The position numbers were made by a program, and so were the translations under genes. From positions 1 through 45,355 of the IMG/VR virus record IMGVR_UViG_3300043220_000071: a stretch of 45,355 nucleotides of DNA. One strand, 5' to 3'. The notes under the pieces were generated by a model. The model was given only the letters and a program-made list of their open reading frames with translations. It searched no databases and was not told the origin of the DNA. Every line of letters begins with the position of its first letter. Within the stretch, counting starts at the first letter, position 1. Shown here piece by piece: positions 33,399 to 42,121 of the stretch. Source of the stretch: a virus (Duplodnaviria; Caudoviricetes).

Positions 33399-33530
33399 CT
33401 CATCCTCCTATTCCTAAGGTAGGGACGATGAAGAATGTGGGGCTGCAAAGATGTCACGTGTGCGCAAGCTATGGTCCTCATCATCCCTACTCTAGGCAGG
33501 AGAGGACGGGGGAACCGAACCCCTCCTGCA

Positions 33531-33543
33531 CCATCACGAAATG
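33531..33543 (+). promoter_or_regulatory. 13-bp motif CCATCACGAAATG, copy 4
   Basis: Exact intergenic copy. Confidence 0.7.
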
Positions 33544-33557
33544 CCCCGCCTCCTTTC

Positions 33558-33773
33558 TCAGCTTGCCTTTTCTGTCTTCTCTGGAGATGGCATCCGCATG
33601 AAGAGTTCAGCGAATTCGGCAAAGGCCCCCTCGATAACTTTGGCGCACCTTCCGCGAATGATTAACGCGATGGTATTTGCCTCATCCTCCTTCACCCGTT
33701 CCCATGCCTCTGGGGTCATACGCGCCCTCAATCCTTCCAACAGAGCCGCTTTCTCCGGTAAAAAGTCGTTCAC
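33558..33773 (-). CDS. Hypothetical protein
   Basis: AAGGAGG RBS, 71 aa. Confidence 0.7.
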   Translation of the reverse strand: MNDFLPEKAALLEGLRARMTPEAWERVKEDEANTIALIIRGRCAKVIEGAFAEFAELFMRMPSPEKTEKAS

Positions 33774-33870
33774 ACCCGCCTCCTTTCTCTCCTTTGTCCG
33801 GCACGGCCCTCGTCTGGGGGTGCAGAGACGAGCCGTGCCCCGTTAGGGGTAGCCGTGCGGGAAAAATGAG

Positions 33871-34122
33871 TCATGAAACTATCTCGCCTAAGTCCACAAA
33901 GGCACCCAGGCAGGCTATGTCACAGAACTGCTTTATCCCAGTCTCAACAAGCGTGACGTGCTTCCAATTATCTAGTGAGTCACGCTCAACGAAGCCGCAG
34001 TAGCCACTGAAGGCGAGGGAAAGGTGACGCTTATGTACCCGTTTGCCGTCACTCAGAACCTTATTACACGAGTCACAGCGATAGATGACGGTGGTGCTTA
34101 TCTCTTTCACGCCAGCCTCCAA
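33871..34122 (-). CDS. Zinc-binding hypothetical protein
   Basis: YRCDSC...QFCDIACL. Confidence 0.65.
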   Translation of the reverse strand: MEAGVKEISTTVIYRCDSCNKVLSDGKRVHKRHLSLAFSGYCGFVERDSLDNWKHVTLVETGIKQFCDIACLGAFVDLGEIVS

Positions 34123-34460
34123 ATGCGAATCTCTCTGCCGTGGGCCTCACGCCGGGTACTCTTGACGTACTGGCCCGTCCAGGCGAACCGCCTGTCGTGG
34201 AAAATCGCACCGAAACAGTTCGGGTGCGGCGGATATTCCACGTCCATGATGAAATGCACGTCATCAGATGTGACAGTTCCTGTATCGCGGCAATACCGCG
34301 CAGCCACCTCACGCGCATCGTCTACCCACCGATAACGTGAAACCGACGCTATCCCCTGCTCTTTGAGTTCCAGGCCGGTTAGGGCTAGCTGGCCCGTGCG
34401 ACGTCGGTGTCGGCCTAGCGTTGTGAGTGCGCCCTCTACATTGAGCTGGGCGGTTGTCAT
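34107..34460 (-). CDS. Hypothetical (possibly DNA-binding) protein
   Basis: VTSDDV...PHPNCFGAIF...S.RREAHGR.IRIW. Confidence 0.7.
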   Translation of the reverse strand: MTTAQLNVEGALTTLGRHRRRTGQLALTGLELKEQGIASVSRYRWVDDAREVAARYCRDTGTVTSDDVHFIMDVEYPPHPNCFGAIFHDRRFAWTGQYVKSTRREAHGREIRIWRLA

Positions 34461-34582
34461 GACTTCACCTCATCCCATTTACGCGACTTGCACGCAGGGC
34501 ACATCTTAGGCTTTTCTGGCTGGCGGGGATACCACTTCGCTCCGCACCGAAGACACTGTACCTCTCTAATCATTGTAGGCAT
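34457..34582 (-). CDS. 41-aa zinc-ribbon protein (CLRCGAKWYPR...PKMCPACKSRKWD), first gene of the operon
   Basis: ATGA overlap with the next gene; paralog of 20089..20217; not in the ORF track. Confidence 0.8.
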   Translation of the reverse strand: MPTMIREVQCLRCGAKWYPRQPEKPKMCPACKSRKWDEVKS

Positions 34583-34589
34583 AGTACCT

Positions 34590-34617
34590 ATCTTAGGGAC
34601 GATTCAAGGTAAAGCAA
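34590..34617 (-). promoter_or_regulatory. Putative promoter of the minus-strand regulatory/replication operon
   Basis: Minus strand TTGCTT-16 bp-TAAGAT, 7 nt before ATG 34582 (leaderless spacing). Confidence 0.5.
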
Positions 34618-34725
34618 GGGGTTAGTTGACGTAAGGCGAAGGTATTTCTTAACTTAGCGAGCGCCAAGCTAGCTCAGGCTTACGGACGTGAGGCGGCAGT
34701 TCTGGTGAAGATGACGAAGAGGCTG

Positions 34726-34738
34726 CCATCACGAAATG
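34726..34738 (+). promoter_or_regulatory. 13-bp motif CCATCACGAAATG, copy 5
   Basis: Exact copy just past the stop of the last structural gene. Confidence 0.7.
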
Positions 34739-34748
34739 GCGGATAGCG

Positions 34749-35216
34749 TCAGTTAGCAATCTGGGACAACATCTGGAAGTTGGTGCCGTCATAGGCAACT
34801 ATGACCATCTGCCCAGCTTCAATGTCATTGTCCGCTAAGTCTTGGTCGTGGAGTTTCTTAATCGTCTTTGCGCCAAGACTGTTGACGTTCAGTGTTGCCG
34901 CACCCGTGTTGGCGGTATTGGCCTTGAAGTGAAATAGCTGCCCCACCACATAAGCCGAAGGGGCAGAAGTGAGCGTAATGACATAGGTGTCTGAGGCTTC
35001 AGCGTCTGTCGCGTACGGGACGACCACTACATCCTTGATGAGCAACCTATCTATGCTGACACCTGCCGCTGGCGTTCGTTCAGTAATAGTGTCCGTTCGC
35101 AGAGTTGTTATGTTGGCTACTTGGACGAACAGCCGCCGCAGGCGAAGGATGCCCTGGCTCAACAGGCTCCGCCGCTCAGACGGAGCCTGAAGCGTAGGAT
35201 CGTATTCCTGTGTCAC
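34749..35216 (-). CDS. Tail fibre-type protein
   Basis: FKANTANTGAATLNVNSLGAKTIKK...DIEAGQMVIVAYDGTNFQ, a common tail-fibre domain. Confidence 0.8.
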   Translation of the reverse strand: MTQEYDPTLQAPSERRSLLSQGILRLRRLFVQVANITTLRTDTITERTPAAGVSIDRLLIKDVVVVPYATDAEASDTYVITLTSAPSAYVVGQLFHFKANTANTGAATLNVNSLGAKTIKKLHDQDLADNDIEAGQMVIVAYDGTNFQMLSQIAN

Positions 35217-35404
35217 CCCTGGAAGCCTCTCAGCGCTTGCAGCAAGCCTCTCAGCGCCTTGCCAGCCTGACCTTCGTAGTAGGTGCCCTTTTCGAGAGTG
35301 CGTCCCGCTTCGCCCAGCCGTGAGTTATCCTCGCCGTCAAAGATATACTTCACGTCTGAGGGTCGGTGAACGGGGTGGACGGTGTGGATTTTGACTATCT
35401 TCAT
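35213..35404 (-). CDS. Hypothetical protein
   Basis: 63 aa, coupled on both sides. Confidence 0.6.
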   Translation of the reverse strand: MKIVKIHTVHPVHRPSDVKYIFDGEDNSRLGEAGRTLEKGTYYEGQAGKALRGLLQALRGFQG

Positions 35405-37932
35405 GAGCCCGCCTTCTCTATCACTGGGGCCGCTATCACGTATTCAGGCGGCTCTTGGTTGCGCGGTGTCAAGGCGCTAATCTCGTCGGCGCGGAGCATT
35501 CGCGGTTTCCCCATGATGCCGTTGAACGTGTCCCTGCCGGGGAGAGTGTACTTCTTCAGGTCGCCCACATACCCCTCAAGCTCGGAGCGTATCTTCTTCG
35601 CCGTCCTGCCCGTCTGATCCGCCACGTCGAACAGGAACATCCACTCACGGGAGGTTCGGGGCAGGGCTACTACACGCAACACTACATCTCGCAGGTGGGG
35701 ACCGTTGGTGTTCGTGAGATTAGAGTTCCCCACCCATCGCACCTGTACCAATAGCGTCCTGGCCGTATCGTTGCTGTCCTGTGTCCAGAACTGGCGGAAG
35801 AAGCCGTCCGAACTGATGGTAGAGCCAGGATCCTCTAAGGAGCCCCCGTCGCGGTAGACACTGAACCGGAAGGCACCAACCACGGAGCCGAAGTCCTCCG
35901 CCCAGCCCTCAATGGCCCAGAGCTGCTTGGGGACGTTAGGCATCCCCCCGTCGATGCGCCCACTGGTGACGCTACCAACAGCCATTAGGCCGATGTCGCC
36001 CCTGCGACTAAGAGGGGCACCATCCTTATCCAGCCAGATGTACCTCAGGTCGTTCCCGTCGGCATACCACAGACAGGGCCTAGTCTCTGAAGCAGAGAAC
36101 TTCGAGGTCTCCGTTATGTGAACTCCGTGGAAGTCGTTGAAGTCAGCCGAGGGAAGGGCGATCACTTGCGAGATTAAGGGCATGGGGCCAGGCGGGTCAG
36201 TCTCCTTCCGCTCCCTTATCATCGTCAAGAAGGCGGTTGTACCCGCCGACGAAACGTATAGCCTGTAGGTATATGCGCCGAAAGTCGCTCCTCCCATCCA
36301 ACGTCCATGCTTGAAGTAGTCGGTGGAGCCTAGGCTGGGATCATTGGCTCGGTTCTCGGGGTTGGAGTCGGGGCCTTCCGGTTCACCCGTGAGTGTCCAC
36401 CAGAGCCCTGAAGAGGCGGGGATCATGAACCCTCCATGCCAGTACACCATCCCCTGCCCGTTGCGCTCGGCCTGCTGAATATCGGGAAAGACGTTCTGAG
36501 CCTCCCCTATCAAGTCCCACTCGTAAAAACCGTCTTCCTTGGCGATATAGCCTAGCCCGCCCGCCTCACCCAGCTCAGTGATGTTGGAACTGACATCGCC
36601 CGCAAAGAAATCACCGCCCCAGTTGGCCTCCGTGTTCGGGTCGGAGCCGCGAGGCAGGATAGAGATTTGGTTCTCATCCGTAGAGCGGATAAGCTGATTA
36701 CCTACGACTTTGAGATGCCGTGCGTCTGCGTCGGCGCTGGCCGTCCAAGTATCATCACTGGTGCCGCCCGCTATCGTGGTGAGTTTTTGTATCTTGCCGT
36801 TATCCCCCAACCCCAGCCGCCAAAGGGTGTTCGACCCATCGTTCCATTCGGCGGGGTGGCCCATCGGCTGGGTGGTGTCCACGACAAACGTTTTTGTATT
36901 GAGAAGAGTCCCGAAGTTGGCGGCGGCGAGGCTGATCTTGTAGACGTTGACCTCGCCATCCTCAACGCTGATGGCGTAGAGCACCGGCAGCTTGGCGGGC
37001 TTCAGGGCGATAGCCCCAAGAGCCCAGTTCGACGAACTGCCAAGCGTCCAGCTCATCGTGACGGTGCCAGCACCGGGTTCACTACTGCCAGCGCCACGGA
37101 TGGTAGTCCCCTCAAGAACGTTCCAGCGCTGAGTCTGGCTTGCACCCACCGTCGCCGTGACGTTTCCCACGACCAGGCAGCCCACCACCACCTCCCCCGA
37201 AGCGCTTGACACATCGACAGTAGCAGGGCTACTGGAGCCAGAGGCCGCGACGAAGGAGCCTACAGGTTTTGCCTGGTCAACGTTCGTCCAGCTATCAGCC
37301 CCACCAACGATGTCACGCGTCGCGCCGCTGTAGGTGGCGACGATGTTGGCCGCGCCAGTCGCCGGGGCCACCAGAAACCATATCTGCATCTGGCTGCCGT
37401 TTGATGGGTGGTTACCAGCATACGTTAGGGCCGTGCCGCCGTAAGTAACGGTGTCAGGCCCAGGCGTGGGCACGTTGGACAGCCCGACCCTAAGAAGGCG
37501 GTCATCACCCGACCCAACCGTGTGCTCCCAGGTGAGGCTGGTGACGGTAGAGTCACTGGCGTCGGAGGCGGCATCGAAGGCGATAGTGGCGTTGGGGGCC
37601 AGCGCCTCAAACCCGTACATCGGCGGGTTGGCCGCGTCCGTGAGCGTGACCTTTGTGGGCACAATAGGGGGTCGGATGATGTTCGGCTCCTGAACGATCA
37701 TCCCAGTGCTGACGAACGCCCCCGCCTGCCGCTCATCGTAGGTGGAGTACGCCAACCCGCCGTGAAAGGAAAGGGGAATAGCTAAAGGCTGATTGGGCTC
37801 TGCCTCCGGTTGTTCAGAGACGGTTTCGTAAGAGACGTTGTTGGGGATACGGGACAGGGGGTAAGACTTCTTCCCCGTATCGTCGACTGCTGAGACGCCG
37901 AGCTCGTCGCCTATATCGGACGCGGCTCTCAC
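35401..37932 (-). CDS. Putative tail nozzle/tubular protein (beta-propeller) with an inserted domain
   Basis: 843 aa following the adaptor-like gene; propeller-like repeats (GYIAKEDGFYEW, GMVYWHGGFMIP). Confidence 0.6.
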   Translation of the reverse strand: MRAASDIGDELGVSAVDDTGKKSYPLSRIPNNVSYETVSEQPEAEPNQPLAIPLSFHGGLAYSTYDERQAGAFVSTGMIVQEPNIIRPPIVPTKVTLTDAANPPMYGFEALAPNATIAFDAASDASDSTVTSLTWEHTVGSGDDRLLRVGLSNVPTPGPDTVTYGGTALTYAGNHPSNGSQMQIWFLVAPATGAANIVATYSGATRDIVGGADSWTNVDQAKPVGSFVAASGSSSPATVDVSSASGEVVVGCLVVGNVTATVGASQTQRWNVLEGTTIRGAGSSEPGAGTVTMSWTLGSSSNWALGAIALKPAKLPVLYAISVEDGEVNVYKISLAAANFGTLLNTKTFVVDTTQPMGHPAEWNDGSNTLWRLGLGDNGKIQKLTTIAGGTSDDTWTASADADARHLKVVGNQLIRSTDENQISILPRGSDPNTEANWGGDFFAGDVSSNITELGEAGGLGYIAKEDGFYEWDLIGEAQNVFPDIQQAERNGQGMVYWHGGFMIPASSGLWWTLTGEPEGPDSNPENRANDPSLGSTDYFKHGRWMGGATFGAYTYRLYVSSAGTTAFLTMIRERKETDPPGPMPLISQVIALPSADFNDFHGVHITETSKFSASETRPCLWYADGNDLRYIWLDKDGAPLSRRGDIGLMAVGSVTSGRIDGGMPNVPKQLWAIEGWAEDFGSVVGAFRFSVYRDGGSLEDPGSTISSDGFFRQFWTQDSNDTARTLLVQVRWVGNSNLTNTNGPHLRDVVLRVVALPRTSREWMFLFDVADQTGRTAKKIRSELEGYVGDLKKYTLPGRDTFNGIMGKPRMLRADEISALTPRNQEPPEYVIAAPVIEKAGS

Positions 37933-39158
37933 ATCCGCACCCCTATCCTGGTCGGCAGTTCAACCGTCACCCTCTGGAAGTGGATAGCTCTGAGAAGGGC
38001 CATCGTCTCAGCGGCCTTGTCCGGCTCTCGTACCAGCTTCTCCGCCCATCTGACGATGAAGTCCTGCTCCGCTACAGAGGTAGAAGTGTCGGCGGAGAGT
38101 TCGTCTAACGGCCTCAGAGCGTAAATGAAGGGGCGGGCGCTCCCAGCGTCCACCCATATATGCAATGGTAGGTTCCCCCGTCTGTCGACGCTCTCAAAAC
38201 CGTAGGACAGGGGTTGGGAACGAGTCTCGTTGGAGCGGTAGTCATTGTCGGAGCTGGGGCCTCCCGTGCCTTGCGCGAAACTCCGCACGTCCAGCAGTTG
38301 TTCCGGTCGGGTGACCCACGACGGGAGAGAATAAACTCGCCTGCCCGTACTCCACACCTGGAAGTTCTCCCAGAACGTGATGTCGGTGTCGGTGTCGGAG
38401 ATGAAGCGAAAGTCTATCTGCTCACAGTCCGAAGGGGTGGAGAATTGATAAACCAACTCTATCCATGAGGGTTCGTCCGTAGTGGCGTCTTCGATAGTAG
38501 CGCTGGAGTCGGTTACATCAACGACGCGGAAGGTTGCTGAGTCTCCTGAAGTGACGTAGCAGTCCACGGCGGCGTAGAGGCTTAGGCTTTCGGGGACGCC
38601 GATGTTGCCGGTGTTCCCATATCCCCCCGCCGACGTCGCCGTGTTCTTGAGACTCTGCGCCCCGTGCTTGACAATGGTGGCTTCCGTCGCCAGGGTCGCG
38701 TTCGTGGAAGAATAGTCCGTCGCTATCGTGGACGGTTCCATGTCGTTGGCGTCGTTGCCCATGATGTGCATAGAGAGAGGAAAGAAGGTCGGCAGAAAGA
38801 TGTTGCGCTGTACGCGATTGATGGCGTTCTGCAACACCGCCGGTGGGTGGTCGCTGATAATGAACAGGTCACCACTGGCGAGGCTGGCGATGCTGGGGTC
38901 TACCGTGAGTGAGCCTGTTACAGTCCAGCCTGCCTCGGTGACACGGCTCGTACCCCTAGAGCCAGCGTCGGCTGCCTGGACCACGTAGACATACTTCCGG
39001 TCGAAGGCGTTTACGTCACCGGAGGAGTAGTTTAGAGCCCCGCCCGTCTCGGTGATCGTCGTGCCCGTTGAGGAACTGTTAGTGCCGGTAACTGGGTCGT
39101 GTTTATCCGCGTAGAGAAGGCGAGAAAGCTCTCTTTGTATAGCGATGCGGGTCGGCAT
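37929..39158 (-). CDS. Putative head-tail adaptor with an inserted carbohydrate-binding-like module
   Basis: 409 aa; LQNAINRVQRN adaptor-like helix; central ANDME...KHGAQSLK...WENFQV CBM-like segment. Confidence 0.55.
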   Translation of the reverse strand: MPTRIAIQRELSRLLYADKHDPVTGTNSSSTGTTITETGGALNYSSGDVNAFDRKYVYVVQAADAGSRGTSRVTEAGWTVTGSLTVDPSIASLASGDLFIISDHPPAVLQNAINRVQRNIFLPTFFPLSMHIMGNDANDMEPSTIATDYSSTNATLATEATIVKHGAQSLKNTATSAGGYGNTGNIGVPESLSLYAAVDCYVTSGDSATFRVVDVTDSSATIEDATTDEPSWIELVYQFSTPSDCEQIDFRFISDTDTDITFWENFQVWSTGRRVYSLPSWVTRPEQLLDVRSFAQGTGGPSSDNDYRSNETRSQPLSYGFESVDRRGNLPLHIWVDAGSARPFIYALRPLDELSADTSTSVAEQDFIVRWAEKLVREPDKAAETMALLRAIHFQRVTVELPTRIGVRM

Positions 39159-39167
39159 TGGCTACTC

Positions 39168-39296
39168 CTATTTCTTGGCGAAGTGGCGGAGCTTCGTCGT
39201 GCTCAGAGACTTAAAAGAGCGGGGTTTCTTCCCCGCCCTTCGTCGGCCTAACTCCGCACCCGCCGCCCTGCGCTGCTTGGCGCTTTTTGCTGGCAT
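39168..39296 (-). CDS. 42-aa basic protein, DUF3008-like (MPAKSAKQRRAAGAEL...)
   Basis: MPAKS.KQ..AAGA motif; fills the intergenic gap; not in the ORF track. Confidence 0.7.
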   Translation of the reverse strand: MPAKSAKQRRAAGAELGRRRAGKKPRSFKSLSTTKLRHFAKK

Positions 39297-40544
39297 CTAC
39301 CCCACTCCCGTTACCGTCAGGCTGTAGCGGCGTGTGGCGGGTGCTCCGTCCGCCGCCGCAATTTCCACGTCGTTGCCATCATTAACGAAGAGGTCGAGGT
39401 CGTCATCGTCAAAGAAGGCGGGCATTATTCTCCCCCCTGAGTTACCGATAGTACGGCCTAGAGAGGTCATGCGCAGGTCATCGTTCTCAATGCCGTAGGT
39501 TTGTTCAGTACCCCAGCTAGTCATACTGTTATCAGACTTCTTAAAATAGCAGACAACCGTGGAGAGCAGAGTCTCGTCTCCTGCGTCCGAACCACAATAA
39601 GCCACGTAAATATCACCATTTTGCTGGTTAACCAAAAGAGAGGGAAAAGACGAATCATCGGTATCGGTGTCAATATTTGCTTTCTGAGTAATGGTTGGCG
39701 TAGCTTGAGTAATATCTACAGACCTAAAGTCGCCAGTCGCGGAGTCAACGGCGTTCCAGTACACAACTAAGATGTGTTCGTCCGAATGTCGGCTAACCGC
39801 GTCGAAGACACCCTTGTAGCTTCGAGCTTCGGCTCCTGTAACGCTGCTCGTCGCGTCAATCGCAGTTACACCCCAAGTTCCAGCACTCTCATCGTACTTC
39901 CAGAACTCTAGGTCTTGGTTGACAGCATCGAATACTACCGCGCAAATATCGTCGGTGTCGGCAGCCGCGCCAGGGAACAGCTTTATCACTTCCTCGTCCG
40001 CGGAATAGGGTGAGGTCTCCGACGTACCGGCTGTGGCAAATCCATCTGTGGAGGACAGCATACTGTGGTCGGTGTTCTCGGCGTCATCCTCGTAATCCCC
40101 CCTCACAGCTACATAGACCCTCCCTGATTTTGCGACGGTTATTGCTACATCGCTGTCGCCACTAGTGGGACTCACAGTGAGCGAGTCTATTGTACGGTCT
40201 GTGCCCCAAGTGTCGTCCGAGGTGTCGAACTGTATGTAATGAACTTCGTTGGTGGGGGCGGTTATTAAAAATGCTATGTGGAGGAGAGTCCCGCTATTGC
40301 CTTCGGTTTCCTGGTCGAACCATACCGCCATCGACCTATTACCTCCGTCAGCGGGGTTGTTAGCGGCATCTTGAACTGTCCAGGACGCCCCACTATTCGA
40401 GGTCTTGTAAACCTCGATTGGGCTACCAGTTTGGTTGACAAGAATAATATAACCAACTGAAGGACTTGTCCAGTATGGCCCGTGAACGGCGTTACGTTCA
40501 TTGGTGACAGCAGAACAGTTGTCAAATACAGTTACGTCAGCCAT
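39297..40544 (-). CDS. BNR/Asp-box beta-propeller virion protein
   Basis: YKTSNSGASW and KKSDNSMTSW Asp-box-like motifs; acidic, 415 aa. Confidence 0.7.
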   Translation of the reverse strand: MADVTVFDNCSAVTNERNAVHGPYWTSPSVGYIILVNQTGSPIEVYKTSNSGASWTVQDAANNPADGGNRSMAVWFDQETEGNSGTLLHIAFLITAPTNEVHYIQFDTSDDTWGTDRTIDSLTVSPTSGDSDVAITVAKSGRVYVAVRGDYEDDAENTDHSMLSSTDGFATAGTSETSPYSADEEVIKLFPGAAADTDDICAVVFDAVNQDLEFWKYDESAGTWGVTAIDATSSVTGAEARSYKGVFDAVSRHSDEHILVVYWNAVDSATGDFRSVDITQATPTITQKANIDTDTDDSSFPSLLVNQQNGDIYVAYCGSDAGDETLLSTVVCYFKKSDNSMTSWGTEQTYGIENDDLRMTSLGRTIGNSGGRIMPAFFDDDDLDLFVNDGNDVEIAAADGAPATRRYSLTVTGVG

Positions 40545-40559
40545 GAGTCACTAGCATCC

Positions 40560-41960
40560 TTAGTCCTGGTAGAGAATGACTATCCCAGCGTCGCCCGCGC
40601 CGGGAGCACCGTTGTCGGTTCCAGAGCCAGTCGTGATCGCAACGGTCAACGCGGTGCTGTAGGCGAGGCCGCACACTGGAATGGGAAGCACGACGCCCGC
40701 GCCGTCCGAGTCGGCGTTGCCAGGAATCAGGTAGTTGTTTGTCGGGGCTGTAGTCCCCACTGTGACGGTGTTGGTGTTGAAAAGCTGCAACCACAAGGGG
40801 GCAGCAGTCGCGTTCCAAGCATAGATACCGTAGATGGTCACCGCGCTGGAGGCAGGGTCTTCCTCCGACTCGTCAAGGTCCACGGAGGTGAACATCTTGC
40901 ATCCACCTGTACTAGACGAGTGAGGACGAGTGTAGAGCGCACCGGCGGCATCAGCCTGGAAGGGAACGTAGTCTCCATCTGTGCCACCCAGGGCGGCCAG
41001 GGCGTCGTTCCTGACCGCTAGGGACATGACCCCGACATCACCGGAGGCGTGTTGGGCATCCTCGATTTTAGCCAAGTCGCCAGCGGCTCCCGTGGCGGCA
41101 CCAATCGTCACCTCGCCCACTACCGCTGCGCCTGCCGACAGGACAGTATACAGAGCACCGCTGGCGTTCACCTGTAGGGGTGCTATCTCGTTGTCTGTCC
41201 CCGCTAGGGCAGCAAGAGCATCGTTACGAACCACACCGATAATCTGGCCACTGGTGGTCGTTTCAGTGTAGGTAGCGGTTCCCAGCACCGCCACGGGGTT
41301 GTCAATCAACTGCAAGGCGGTGAGCGCGTCGCCGGATATGGTGGTGTCCAGCGTAGCCGCTGACACGTCCATCGCCGCTCCCTCTTGAATGTAAAGCGCT
41401 CCAGAGGCGTTCACTTGGAGGGGAGCTATTTCGTTATCAGTCCCTGCCAGCGCCGCGAGGGTGTCGTTGCGCACCACACCGATGACGTTGCCACTGGTCG
41501 TGGTCTCGGTGTAGGTCGCCGTTCCCAACACGACCACGGGGTCATCAATCAGTTGTAGGGCTGTGAGGGCGTCGCCTGTAACAAGGGTGCTCGCCCAGAG
41601 CCGCCCGTTATCGAGCTGAAGCGGCTCGTAGTCGCCGTCCGTGCCGCTCAGGTCGGCGGGGGTCGCCTTCCGCACAGCGAGCATCTGAACGCCCGCGTCG
41701 CCTGTCGAATGGGCGGCATCCTCAGCCAAGACGATGGAGGAGGCGTCGATGGTCACGTCGTTGTTCCCACCTAGGTCTACCGTGACGGTCGCGTTGGAGG
41801 CCCGTATGTCTACGGGGAGCCCCGCTGATGTGGTGACCAGCGTGGCCGTATTTAAGGCCCCGAACGCCAGCTTGTTGATTTGATACCATACGCCGGTGAT
41901 GTCGTCTGCGGCGATAACCGCCCCGCCACTTCCCGCATCAAGCTCGATATTGTCGGCCAC
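40560..41960 (-). CDS. Repeat-containing structural protein (fibre-like)
   Basis: 466 aa; internal 81-aa tandem duplication; recurring EDA.H..GD.GV..LAVR and PLQV.A.GALY units. Confidence 0.75.
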   Translation of the reverse strand: MADNIELDAGSGGAVIAADDITGVWYQINKLAFGALNTATLVTTSAGLPVDIRASNATVTVDLGGNNDVTIDASSIVLAEDAAHSTGDAGVQMLAVRKATPADLSGTDGDYEPLQLDNGRLWASTLVTGDALTALQLIDDPVVVLGTATYTETTTSGNVIGVVRNDTLAALAGTDNEIAPLQVNASGALYIQEGAAMDVSAATLDTTISGDALTALQLIDNPVAVLGTATYTETTTSGQIIGVVRNDALAALAGTDNEIAPLQVNASGALYTVLSAGAAVVGEVTIGAATGAAGDLAKIEDAQHASGDVGVMSLAVRNDALAALGGTDGDYVPFQADAAGALYTRPHSSSTGGCKMFTSVDLDESEEDPASSAVTIYGIYAWNATAAPLWLQLFNTNTVTVGTTAPTNNYLIPGNADSDGAGVVLPIPVCGLAYSTALTVAITTGSGTDNGAPGAGDAGIVILYQD

Positions 41961-41965
41961 TTATG

Positions 41966-42121
41966 TCACCCCTTCTTAGCCTTCTTCTGTGGCTGTGTGA
42001 GCTGTGCTTCGAGTTGCTTATTCCTGATTTCCAGCGCCACGTTCGTCTCGTGCAGTACCATAAGTTCGGCCTGGAGCTTACCCATCATGGTGAAGAGTTG
42101 GTCTACGTTTACCTGTACCAT
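41966..42121 (-). CDS. 51-aa coiled-coil protein
   Basis: MVQVNVDQLFTMMGKLQAEL...; abuts both neighbours. Confidence 0.65.
   Translation of the reverse strand: MVQVNVDQLFTMMGKLQAELMVLHETNVALEIRNKQLEAQLTQPQKKAKKG

Noticed and set aside
33495-33530. tRNA gene or attP-like tRNA fragment (GGGGTTCGGTTCCCC on the minus strand)
   Set aside because: Only a T-arm-like hairpin; no D arm, anticodon arm or CCA end, and no integrase nearby
41149-41577. Diversity-generating retroelement template/variable repeat pair
   Set aside because: Both copies are in frame in one gene, differences are mostly synonymous and not adenine-specific, and no reverse transcriptase is present
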